Assembly (NCBI GenBank): GCA_018221205.1
Contig: JAAOYF010000045.1
Coordinates: 3,264 to 67,263, forward strand
From: Candidatus Woesearchaeota archaeon
Lineage (GTDB): Archaea; Nanobdellota; Nanobdellia; Woesearchaeales; WJIZ01
DNA length: 64,000 bases
Direction: 5' to 3'
The position numbers and the translations under genes are program-made. The notes under the pieces were generated by a model. The model was given only the letters and a program-made list of their open reading frames with translations, was not told the DNA's origin and did no database searches. Positions 28,301 to 36,589 of this stretch are shown piece after piece (within the stretch, counting starts at the first letter, position 1; every line of letters starts with the position of its first letter).

Positions 28301-28518
28301 ATTATCTTCTCCACAGTCTCTGGTGTTATGGGATTGAAGTAGACTTCATCTGCCAAATGCTCAGAGGTCTGGATTGTCGCGATGTTTGGATTGATGAGAA
28401 TGGTCTTGATGCCTTCTTCTTTCAAGGCTTTGATGGCTTGGCTTCCTGAATAATCAAACTCTCCTGCCTGGCCTATCTTGATGGCGCCGCTACCTAAGAT
28501 CAAAGTCTTCTTAGCCAT
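25318..28518 (-). CDS. carB: Carbamoyl-phosphate synthase large subunit.
   Basis: Two ATP-grasp halves plus an MGS-like C-terminus, 1066 aa. The stop overlaps the pyrG start. Confidence 0.95.
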   Translation of the reverse strand: MAKKTLILGSGAIKIGQAGEFDYSGSQAIKALKEEGIKTILINPNIATIQTSEHLADEVYFNPITPETVEKIIKKEKPDSIMLSFGGQTALNCGVELYKRGILRKHKVKVLGTPVKTIEVTEDRKLFVDKLDQIKVKTPRSIATSSVKEAIKAAKKIGYPVMTRVAFALGGLGSGMCIDEQELAEKAKQAFSKVKQVLIEEYLAGWKEIEYEVVRDQYDNCITVCNMENFDPMGIHTGESIVVAPSQTLTNKEYHKLRDIAIKVIRHLGIIGECNIQYALDSRSEDYRIIEVNARLSRSSALASKATGYPLAFVAAKLGLGYSLTEVKNSITLATKACFEPSLDYIVIKIPRWDLEKFRLVKREIGSEMKSVGEIMAIGRSFEETLQKAIRMLGKDMHGLVCNDIKFKNLEKELQQPTDERVFAIAKAFQQGYSVDRIYALSKIDRWFLHKLGNIVKMGKKIKSARKLSKLSKEILKEAKQNGFSDYQLAHLLKTNPDEVRKKRLQLKITPFIKQIDTLAAEYPARTNYLYLTYNAQENDIVFNKGKQVMVLGSGAYRIGSSVEFDWCCVSTALTLRKLGYKTIMLNYNPETVSTDYDICDKLIFDEVSLETVLDIYEKEKPLGLIVSMGGQIPNNLAAKLHERKVPILGTSPDSIDNAENRHKFSRLLDDLGIDQPEWKELSSIKEAKRFVKRVGYPVLIRPSYVLSGAAMSVAFNDQSMNAFLKLASKVSKEYPVVISKFINNAKEVECDAVAFKGKLVCWAISEHVENAGVHSGDATIVLPPQYLYLETARRIKNIAKAIAKKLNITGPFNIQFLAKENQVKVIECNLRASRSFPFVSKIFKVNFIDVATRAIMNEKLPKIEKSAFELDYVGVKAPEFSFSRLKGSDPILSVEMASTGEVACFGDDIHEAFLKSFLSVGYTIPKKNIFLSTGTPETKAILLESCHLLKKMGYTLYSTFGTHAYLKEHGVSTTPLYWPLEDKKPNVMDYLKNRKIDLVINIPKNFEREEVTNDYYIRRTAVDYNTPLITNTQVAKLFIQAISQYQEKDLLVKPWSAYREEGVHR

Positions 28519-29584
28519 TTTTTACCCTCTTGATGAATCTATCAAACAAGAATGCTGTATCCACCGGCCCTGGACTGGCTTCTGGATGGAACTGCACACT
28601 GAAAAAAGGCTTTCTCTTGTGGATGATACCTTCATTCGTCCCATCATTAGCATTCACAAACCATTCTTCCCATCCTACGGGGAGCTTTTTCGGATTGACG
28701 GCAAAACCATGATTTTGAGAGGTAATGAAACAGCGTTTTGTGCCTTTCTCTATGCAGGGCTGGTTCTGGGAGCGATGGCCGAACTTCAGCTTGTAGGTAT
28801 CGCCGCCGGCAGCTAAAGCGAGAAGTTGGTTTCCCAGGCAGATTCCAAAGATAGGCTTCTCTTTCTGGAGTGCAATCTTGATATTTTCTATGGTCTCCTG
28901 CGCCATCTTTGGGTCGCCAGGGCCATTAGAGATGAAAAGGCCGTCATACTGATGCTTGTTGAAATTATAGTCAAAAGGAACCCTGGTTACTTTCACCTTT
29001 CTCCGGATGAATGACCTGATGATGTTGTATTTACATCCTGTATCGACAATCATGATCCTCCTTTTCCCTTTTCCATACTGAGTAACCTTTTTAGGGGAGA
29101 CCTGTTCAACGAGATTCTCTTTATTGGGATTATAGAAACTGATATTTTCCTTATTGATGATTTTGCCAAGCATGCTGCCCTTTGTCCTGAGCTTTTTTGT
29201 CAGGGCGCGAGTGTCTATGCCGTAGATGCCTGGAATGTTCCCATCTTTCATCCAGTCGGATAATGAAGAAGAGGCATTCCAATGGCTATAGTTATGGGAA
29301 TAATCTGAGATGATCAATCCTTTGATATGGATTCTTGAAGATTCAAAGAACTTCAAGAGCTTATGCTCCACCTCTTTCGGAGGGACACCATAATTGCCTA
29401 TCAAGGGATATGTCAAAACGAGAATCTGTCCCCGATATGATGGGTCAGTCATGGTCTCGGGATAGCCTACCATACCGGTGTTGAAGACAACCTCTCCTGC
29501 TTCAGAACTGTCTGCACCAAACGGCTTTCCTTCAAAGACAGAGCCATCTTTGAGAACAAGTCTTGCCAGAGTTTTTTCTTTCAT
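28511..29584 (-). CDS. carA: Carbamoyl-phosphate synthase small subunit.
   Basis: The GATase motif GICLGNQLL and an N-terminal CPSase small-chain domain. Confidence 0.92.
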   Translation of the reverse strand: MKEKTLARLVLKDGSVFEGKPFGADSSEAGEVVFNTGMVGYPETMTDPSYRGQILVLTYPLIGNYGVPPKEVEHKLLKFFESSRIHIKGLIISDYSHNYSHWNASSSLSDWMKDGNIPGIYGIDTRALTKKLRTKGSMLGKIINKENISFYNPNKENLVEQVSPKKVTQYGKGKRRIMIVDTGCKYNIIRSFIRRKVKVTRVPFDYNFNKHQYDGLFISNGPGDPKMAQETIENIKIALQKEKPIFGICLGNQLLALAAGGDTYKLKFGHRSQNQPCIEKGTKRCFITSQNHGFAVNPKKLPVGWEEWFVNANDGTNEGIIHKRKPFFSVQFHPEASPGPVDTAFLFDRFIKRVKNG

Positions 29585-29713
29585 CTCTGGGATATTTCAG
29601 AAGACAGACCGATTAATAAGCTTTTGTATTATGGAATGGCTATTTTACCGTCGAGAAGAGAGCACTCTCAATATGTTGATTTCGGAGTGAGTTTCTGTTT
29701 TTAAATGTTGTGG

Positions 29714-30154
29714 CTAGATAAATTCATACTCTTGATAGTGTTCGCTATATAATAAATCCTTGAGAATCTTTTCGGCTGTCTCTTTGCTATCGACATGCAT
29801 CTTCCATAACACACCTTGACGCATGCTATGGAGGTTGTCGAAGCCTAATTGTTCTCTCAAAGTTTTGAACAAGGGAGCGTCTCCTTTATTTATGACCACT
29901 GCATTGAATGTTTCGTGTTTGGGTGCGTCTTCTACCTTGTAGATCGAGGTGGAATGCTTATTTGCATTGACGACGATATCTGTCTGGACAATATCCTTCA
30001 TGAACTTTTCTGCATCTTTTAAGACTTCAAATTCATAGAAGTCTTCTCTTTCTAGCTTTTTTAATTCTTTGAAACCCATCTTCTCAAGAGTATGGAAGGC
30101 AGTTATGCAGGTAGTGTCGGGAATCTTGAGTTTGACCAATAGCCGTATCTTCAT
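29714..30154 (-). CDS. purS: FGAM synthase PurS subunit; it appears to be a tandem duplication of the PurS fold.
   Basis: It sits directly downstream of and overlapping purQ. Two repeats of about 70 aa show the PurS-like beta-alpha pattern. Confidence 0.55.
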   Translation of the reverse strand: MKIRLLVKLKIPDTTCITAFHTLEKMGFKELKKLEREDFYEFEVLKDAEKFMKDIVQTDIVVNANKHSTSIYKVEDAPKHETFNAVVINKGDAPLFKTLREQLGFDNLHSMRQGVLWKMHVDSKETAEKILKDLLYSEHYQEYEFI

Positions 30155-30912
30155 CTTATGTATTCCCTCATGGATTCAAAGATTTTAGCAGCGGCTGCTA
30201 ATGACATAGCATCTTCGAAGTTGTTCATGGTCTTCTCTTTGAGATGCTTCTTGAAAAATGCCCTTTCGGGATGAGGCATCATCGCCAACACATTCCCTTT
30301 CTTATTGGAAATGCCAGCAATGTTTGCTGTGGAGCCGTTTGGATTAGCAGCAGCATTGATAGTTCCGTTCTCGTCGCAATATTTGAAGACTATCTGATCA
30401 TTCTTCTCAAGCCCCTCTACCAATTGAACATCATTCGTTACAAATCTTCCTTCGCCGTGAGCAATGGGGATGTCGATGATATCTTCTTCGTAGAATGCAT
30501 TGAATGCGTTCTTCTTTCCGACATTCTTGATCTTGACCCAGGTGCAGTAATAGCCGCTCACGACAGGATTGATATTCGGGGCGACAGCCATATGCACCTT
30601 ATCCTTCAGTCCGGGAATCAGTCCAGCTTCCACCAATATCTGGCAGCCGTTGCAGATGCCCAAGACAGGCTTTCCTTTTTTTGCCTGCTCCTTTATCTTC
30701 TGCATCAACGGATCCTTGGCAGAGATGACTCCGGCCCGGATACGGTCTTCATAGGACCAGCCGCCTGGCAAAACAAAGCCATCATACTCATCCAGGTCTT
30801 TCTTGGTGTTCCATCTAAGGATATCTGCCTGCATCCCTACTGCATCGCACGCTAGCTTGGTCTCATTTTCGCAGTTGGTTCCGGGAAAATAAATCACGGC
30901 TATTTTTTTCAT
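30151..30912 (-). CDS. purQ: FGAM synthase glutamine amidotransferase subunit.
   Basis: MKKIAVIYFPGTNCE, GICNGCQIL, and a catalytic His-Glu near the C-terminus. Confidence 0.9.
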   Translation of the reverse strand: MKKIAVIYFPGTNCENETKLACDAVGMQADILRWNTKKDLDEYDGFVLPGGWSYEDRIRAGVISAKDPLMQKIKEQAKKGKPVLGICNGCQILVEAGLIPGLKDKVHMAVAPNINPVVSGYYCTWVKIKNVGKKNAFNAFYEEDIIDIPIAHGEGRFVTNDVQLVEGLEKNDQIVFKYCDENGTINAAANPNGSTANIAGISNKKGNVLAMMPHPERAFFKKHLKEKTMNNFEDAMSLAAAAKIFESMREYIR

Positions 30913-30913
30913 T

Positions 30914-31324
30914 TTAGCTTGCGTAGCAATCCTCCTTGATCTGCTGCAGCGTAGCTATCCTCTGTTGAGAGGGATCTAATTGTTCATCGAGCTCTTGCTG
31001 CAATGTATCATCAATCTCAATATATGCTTCTTCAAACGCATCTTGGGTCATGGCGAGCTTCTCTTCCGGATGGATCTCACCGCACCATCTTTCGGGAATC
31101 TCCTTTTCCTGTGCTAATGCATGCTGGACTATGGTCATAAAACACTCATTCCTTGCGATAACTGTCCTTTTACAGGCATTCTCTGCCTGCTGCATATCTT
31201 CTCTCTGGATGAACTTTGATGCATAATCATGATAGGTCAGATCCAGCTTATACCGTTGGGCAAGCTGTTCATCATACTGGGTGCAGGCTGTCATGAGTAT
31301 CAACAATGCTATGAGCCATCTCAT
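30914..31324 (-). CDS. Small lipoprotein, hypothetical.
   Basis: Lipobox MRWLIALLILMTAC. Its ATG overlaps the purL stop (ATGA coupling). Confidence 0.45.
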   Translation of the reverse strand: MRWLIALLILMTACTQYDEQLAQRYKLDLTYHDYASKFIQREDMQQAENACKRTVIARNECFMTIVQHALAQEKEIPERWCGEIHPEEKLAMTQDAFEEAYIEIDDTLQQELDEQLDPSQQRIATLQQIKEDCYAS

Positions 31325-33642
31325 TGTAGCGCCTCTGTAAATCCAGAGGTCCATGCTTTTTTCATCTCTTCAATAGATAATCGGAATTGTTTATCTTTTG
31401 CGGTGAATCTCAGATCTGAACCTCCGGTCTCACCGAGGATCATTGCATCTGGAAACATCTTCTTGATTTTTGGGATGTGTCCATTATCAACCTCGAACAC
31501 AAAGCCAGAGCTTTCGCTGAACAATATCTTTGATAAAGGTAAGGAAGAGAAATCTAAGTTAATAGAAGCTCCAATCTTTCCATCTGCCTCTCCTCCCAAC
31601 ATCATCTCAGCTACGGTTGTCAACAATCCGCCATCTGAGATGTCATGGCAGCTCAGGATAAGTTTCTTTTCTATGGCATCGATAATGGAATGGATCATCT
31701 TTTTTTCTTTCTCATAATCGATTTCAGGAACATTCTTTCCGAGATGATCATGGAGCTCGTAATATACTGAACCCCCTAACTCATCCTTCCTTTCGCCGAC
31801 CAGGAATAAGGTAGAGTTCTCTTTCTTGATCTTCATGGTTATTGCTTTGCTCACATCTTCCAATTTGCCCAGACAGGCGACAACTGGAGAGGGCGCTACT
31901 GATTTTCCGGCTGCGCTTTCGTTATAGAAGGAGACGTTTCCTCCGATGAACGGAACTGGTCCTTGTGTTCCTTTCAGATGGAGCCTGGAAGTGGCTTCTG
32001 CCAATCCTTTCACTGCTTCAGTGAATTCTGCAAACTGCTCTGGCTTCTCTGGGTTGCCAAAGTTCAGGCAGTCAGTCATCGCGATTGGAACGGCTCCTAC
32101 TGCTGCAACATTCCTCATCGACTCTGCGACTGCATTGATGGCAGCCTGTTTTGGATCAATCAATGCATAACGAGGATTTGCGTCTGCTGACAAAGCCAGA
32201 CCTGCAGGACAGCCGTCTATCGGAGCCTGCACTCCTGCATCTGCCTCTCCTGCTCTGATGACTGCCAATCCTTGGACTTCAGTATCATAGTGCTTATAGC
32301 ACGCTAATTTAGAAGCGACTGTAGGGTGAGAGAGCACTTTCAGGCACATGTCCTTATAATCTGGTTCAGCTATTGATGGCTCTTTTCCTGTATATTTTTT
32401 TTGGCGAGATTCTCTTTTATATTTTATGCCTTGAGTTATCTGGTTGACATCAGCATTGCAGATGATCTTTCCTTTATGTCTCAGGACATAGTTGTTCTCT
32501 TTCGTTACGGTGCCGACAACAGATGCTTTGGCGCCTTCTGAGACACTGGGCAAATCAAAATCTTCATTATAGATTTTAAGAATAGTAGGGGTAAAATCTT
32601 TCGGGCAGATCCAGGTGAATCGCTCTTGGGTTTCAGAGCATGTTATCATGTAGGGAGGAAGATTATGCATCGAGACATGGATCTTATCAATGTCAATGTC
32701 TGCTCCGAAACATGCTGAGCTTGTCAGCTCGGTTGTGGCGCACATTATGCCGCCAGCGCCCATATCCTTGAAGCCGACTGGAATATTTTTTTCTCTTACA
32801 ATTTTGAAGACTGCTTCTGTTGCCCTGAAGAGAACATTCTTCAGGAATGGATCAGGCACTTGCACTGCTCCCCTGTTGCTTTCCCTATCATCTTCATCTA
32901 GGATAACTGAAGCGAATGTTGTGCCGCCGAAACCAGAATTGTCTGTCGCTTTTCCTACAATGATGATATCGAAACCTTCTGCATCCTTGGGAGCATGGCT
33001 ATGGATGATTTCCTTTTCCTTGATGAGCCCTAATGTAATGACATTCACCAGACAGTTGTCATCAAAGCTTTCATTGAAATAGACATCTCCACAGATGACT
33101 GGAACACCTAGGGGATTTCCATATCCTGCTATGCCTTCAATTACTTGCGATGCGATATATTTTGTGCGATTTTTATTTTTGCCAAAGGGATTTCCGAATC
33201 GTAATGGATCGCCGCAAGCAATAACTCTGGCACCCATACAAAGAACATCTCTTACATTGCCGCCTATGCCTGTTGCCGCACCTTCAAAAGGAATAACTTG
33301 GCTTGGATGATTGTGAGATTCATGCGACATAGCAATGCCATACTTATCGCCCTGCCATTCTGTGAACAAAGCAATGCCTGCATCTTCCTTCGGGCCGAGG
33401 ATGACTGTAGGGCCCTCTGTAGGTAGTTGCTTAAGAATATCCTTGGAACTCTTATAGCTGCTATGCTCAGACCATTGTGTATTGAAGATATGCAGTTCGG
33501 TAATAGTAGGATCTCTTCCGAGAATCTTAGGCAGTTTCTTTATCTCTTCTATGCTAAAACCCAGGCCATTCTCTTTAATGAGCGCAGAAAGCTCTTTATC
33601 TGAAAGGTCGAGATTTATCGTGTTTATGTCGATATCCCCCAT
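31321..33642 (-). CDS. purL: FGAM synthase II (large subunit).
   Basis: AIR-synthase-related N- and C-domains, 773 aa. Confidence 0.92.
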   Translation of the reverse strand: MGDIDINTINLDLSDKELSALIKENGLGFSIEEIKKLPKILGRDPTITELHIFNTQWSEHSSYKSSKDILKQLPTEGPTVILGPKEDAGIALFTEWQGDKYGIAMSHESHNHPSQVIPFEGAATGIGGNVRDVLCMGARVIACGDPLRFGNPFGKNKNRTKYIASQVIEGIAGYGNPLGVPVICGDVYFNESFDDNCLVNVITLGLIKEKEIIHSHAPKDAEGFDIIIVGKATDNSGFGGTTFASVILDEDDRESNRGAVQVPDPFLKNVLFRATEAVFKIVREKNIPVGFKDMGAGGIMCATTELTSSACFGADIDIDKIHVSMHNLPPYMITCSETQERFTWICPKDFTPTILKIYNEDFDLPSVSEGAKASVVGTVTKENNYVLRHKGKIICNADVNQITQGIKYKRESRQKKYTGKEPSIAEPDYKDMCLKVLSHPTVASKLACYKHYDTEVQGLAVIRAGEADAGVQAPIDGCPAGLALSADANPRYALIDPKQAAINAVAESMRNVAAVGAVPIAMTDCLNFGNPEKPEQFAEFTEAVKGLAEATSRLHLKGTQGPVPFIGGNVSFYNESAAGKSVAPSPVVACLGKLEDVSKAITMKIKKENSTLFLVGERKDELGGSVYYELHDHLGKNVPEIDYEKEKKMIHSIIDAIEKKLILSCHDISDGGLLTTVAEMMLGGEADGKIGASINLDFSSLPLSKILFSESSGFVFEVDNGHIPKIKKMFPDAMILGETGGSDLRFTAKDKQFRLSIEEMKKAWTSGFTEALQ

Positions 33643-33665
33643 GAGAAAATCAAGCGGAACTTGGT

Positions 33666-34514
33666 TTATATAGTTTTTGCTCCTTCACGGATTATCCAGA
33701 TTCCTGAGCCTATGATCAAGAGGCCTCCAAGGAAGGAAAGCATATGAAGAGTTTCCTGGAATATCAGGAAACCAAAGAACACTGTGAAGACTATCTCGAT
33801 ATAGGCGATGATGCCTGCATGCTGTGCCAGCACTATTTTCAGTCCCTTTAAGAAGAGCAGTACTGCAATAACTCCTCCCACTACAGCAAGATATGCCATC
33901 AATCCAAAATCAACGAGTGATGGTATTACTCTTGGTAGAAACGGCAGGGCAAGAACTGCAAGGCCGAGATTTGTGTAGAACATAAGTCTTAATAGGGGAT
34001 TTTTTGCCACATATGCTTTGTAGACTGTCAAGTTCACTGCATAAGCCAACGCAGAACCAAGTCCGAGCCAGATTCCCCAGACATCTTTCTGAGAGATAGC
34101 CCCGAACTGGAACAATAATGCCAGACCTGCCATAGATATGACTATGGCAACAAGGCTTTTCCAATGGAATTTCTCTTTCAGGAAAAAGACTGAGAGGATC
34201 AAGACAAAAACAGGCATGGTATAATGGCTGAACATAGCGTTGGCAAAAGAAGTCAAGCGGAGAGCAGAGAAGGTAAGAGCGATATTACCTAATGCAGAAA
34301 GGATGATTAGGGGATAGAGTTTTATGGGCTGAGGGAACTTCAACAGGTTTCTGTCCCTGATCACTATGGCAAGCATAACGACGAACTGAAGGACGAAAAC
34401 AACAGCCAAGAGCTGCATCAGAGGGAGAGAGATGAAACGGACAAAAACCGACTGTATAGAAAAAAGAAGCATAGCAAGAATGATGAACATACTGCCTTTA
34501 ATATAAGAATTCAT
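33666..34514 (-). CDS. EamA/DMT-family transporter.
   Basis: Ten predicted transmembrane helices. The duplicated EamA pattern. Confidence 0.65.
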   Translation of the reverse strand: MNSYIKGSMFIILAMLLFSIQSVFVRFISLPLMQLLAVVFVLQFVVMLAIVIRDRNLLKFPQPIKLYPLIILSALGNIALTFSALRLTSFANAMFSHYTMPVFVLILSVFFLKEKFHWKSLVAIVISMAGLALLFQFGAISQKDVWGIWLGLGSALAYAVNLTVYKAYVAKNPLLRLMFYTNLGLAVLALPFLPRVIPSLVDFGLMAYLAVVGGVIAVLLFLKGLKIVLAQHAGIIAYIEIVFTVFFGFLIFQETLHMLSFLGGLLIIGSGIWIIREGAKTI

Positions 34515-35011
34515 CCTAATACTCTCACGACAAAGATAACCTCAATGATCGCGAGAAGAATTCCTCCAAAGATGTCAACTATAAAATGCTTCTTGGAGAT
34601 ATAACGGTGGAGAAAGACCAGGACTGCGAGCATTCCTGAGAAGATCATCACCCAAAGGAAAGGGTACTGCAGACTGAAGAGGATCGCTAAAATGGTGACA
34701 TTCAGACTGTGGGAACTTGGGAAGGAAGACGCAAGGACTTTTTCTATGAAAATGGAAAATTCCTCTTTCTGCGGCCTGTCCTTGAAATGGACGCTCTTGA
34801 TGACAATGATAAGTGCCATGGCTATGAGGAACGAGTAGAACAGCCGGAAAAAGAACTCTCCTCTCTCTATGAAGAGCATCGCAGCCAGAATAAGGATATA
34901 GAAAGGGATGCTGCCGAAATTGGATATATCATCCAGGATAATCCTAAGGATCTTCCTGGACATGAACTGCTTCGGAAGCTTCCTGATGGATTTTTTCATA
35001 GTATAAAGCAA
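34511..35011 (-). CDS. PAP2-family membrane phosphatase.
   Basis: SSFPSSHS (the PSGH-like motif) embedded in hydrophobic helices. Confidence 0.5.
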   Translation of the reverse strand: MLYTMKKSIRKLPKQFMSRKILRIILDDISNFGSIPFYILILAAMLFIERGEFFFRLFYSFLIAMALIIVIKSVHFKDRPQKEEFSIFIEKVLASSFPSSHSLNVTILAILFSLQYPFLWVMIFSGMLAVLVFLHRYISKKHFIVDIFGGILLAIIEVIFVVRVLG

Positions 35012-35034
35012 TAATCTGCATTATTTAAAGGTTG

Positions 35035-36204
35035 TCAAATTTCTCCCACTGTATAGATAGATCCGGTCACGATTATGAGATCTGTCGGCTGGGCAAGTTT
35101 TTCAGCCTTCTTGAGCGCTTTCTTCACATCATTGATCATCTCAGACGGCAACGAGGTATACTGGGCAAGATCCTCTGGCTTGGATGCCCTATGGAATTTC
35201 GGCTGGGTAAAGATGATATAATCAGAGAATTGGGAGAATATGGTTACCATGCTTTCGATATCCTTATCTGACATGATGCCGATGACCGAGATGACCTTCT
35301 CATATCTTTTCCGTATGGTCTTGATCTCTTTCTTCAACGTGAGTGCACCTCCTGGATTATGGGTGCAGTCCAGCAATATGTTATTTCGGAACTCGAATCT
35401 TCCAGGCCAACTCGTATTTCCGAGCCCTTTTCTTATAGCATCTTCAGAAATAGTGACCTTGAGCATGTCAACAGCCTGGACAGCCAAAGCTGCATTCTCC
35501 AACTGGAAGTTCCCTTCCAGCGAGAGTTTGAGATCCTCATAGGCATTGATGCTGAAATGGGCATTGTGATTCCTATAGGAATGCGGGGTATGTATCTTGG
35601 CATGCTTTTTCCTGGCGATCTCCTTTATCACTTTCAATGCTTTTCCTTTGGCAGCAGTGATCACCGGAACATTCTCTTTGATGATGCCTGCCTTCTCAAA
35701 AGCGATCTGTTCTAATAAAGCGCCTAAATAATCAGTATGCTCCTCTGAGATATTGGTTATGATGGAGAGAAGAGGGGTAATGACATTGGTTGCGTCCAGT
35801 CTTCCACCCAGACCTACTTCCAAGACAAGGAAATCAACATCCTGGAAATAGAGAAAGGCTATGGCTGTTGCTGCTTCAAAGAACGTCTGATTTGTATGAA
35901 CACTCCTGACTGTAGCTATATGCCTCTCGAGTTCTTCCTCATCTATCTCCTTCCCGTCCTTCTGGAAACGTTCATTGAACCTTTTAAGATGGGGAGAAGT
36001 ATACATGCCTACCTTGAAGCCCTGCTCTTTCAGGATCGAAGAGAGCATGGCACAGACAGAGCCTTTGCCGTTTGTTCCGGCGACATGGATGCACTTTATT
36101 TCTTTATGGGGGTTGCCTAGCTTTTCCAAGAGAGCAGTCATCCTTTCCAATCCTAAGACCGTTCCCGCACTCACCAGACTGAGCAGCCAGTCGAGGTTTT
36201 TCAT
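35035..36204 (-). CDS. folC: Folylpolyglutamate synthase / dihydrofolate synthase (Mur-ligase family).
   Basis: The P-loop HVAGTNGKGSV and Mur-ligase middle and C-terminal domains. Confidence 0.85.
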   Translation of the reverse strand: MKNLDWLLSLVSAGTVLGLERMTALLEKLGNPHKEIKCIHVAGTNGKGSVCAMLSSILKEQGFKVGMYTSPHLKRFNERFQKDGKEIDEEELERHIATVRSVHTNQTFFEAATAIAFLYFQDVDFLVLEVGLGGRLDATNVITPLLSIITNISEEHTDYLGALLEQIAFEKAGIIKENVPVITAAKGKALKVIKEIARKKHAKIHTPHSYRNHNAHFSINAYEDLKLSLEGNFQLENAALAVQAVDMLKVTISEDAIRKGLGNTSWPGRFEFRNNILLDCTHNPGGALTLKKEIKTIRKRYEKVISVIGIMSDKDIESMVTIFSQFSDYIIFTQPKFHRASKPEDLAQYTSLPSEMINDVKKALKKAEKLAQPTDLIIVTGSIYTVGEI

Positions 36205-36288
36205 AATGCAGCATACTTTATCTCAATTTATAAACTTATTGTAAAAAAATATTATATTATGAACTTAATCTTATTTTAGATATATATC

Positions 36289-36308
36289 AATACTATTTTA
36301 ATAGTATT
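36289..36308. promoter_or_regulatory. A 20-bp palindrome AATACTATT-TT-AATAGTATT in the promoter of the wHTH-ATPase operon.
   Basis: Perfect 9-bp arms with a 2-nt spacer. The TATA-like CTTTATAAATT lies about 25 nt downstream, and the wHTH ORF starts at 36353. Confidence 0.45.
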
Positions 36309-36352
36309 TTAAGTTTAAAATCGAAAGCTTTATAAATTCGTCATCAGGATAA

Positions 36353-36589
36353 GTGTATGTGGCAGGAACAGGGAAAAGAACGTTCAAACAACTGCAGAAA
36401 CTTATTCTTAGAAGCCTGAAGGCTCGTCCTCTAACGATCAATGAGATCTCTTCTAAAAGTAGAGTGAACTGGAATTCTACTGCAAAGCAATTGATCCTAT
36501 TGAAAGGCCATGAATTAGTCAAAGAGATAATCAGTCACCGAAGATTAAGGGTATTTGAGCTTACCAAAAAAGGGAGAAAACTGTTATGA
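36353..36589 (+). CDS. Small winged-helix transcriptional regulator.
   Basis: LQKLILRSLKARPLTINEISSKSRVNWNSTAKQLILL is helix-turn-helix plus wing. A 20-bp palindrome lies in its promoter. Confidence 0.55.
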   Translation: MYVAGTGKRTFKQLQKLILRSLKARPLTINEISSKSRVNWNSTAKQLILLKGHELVKEIISHRRLRVFELTKKGRKLL

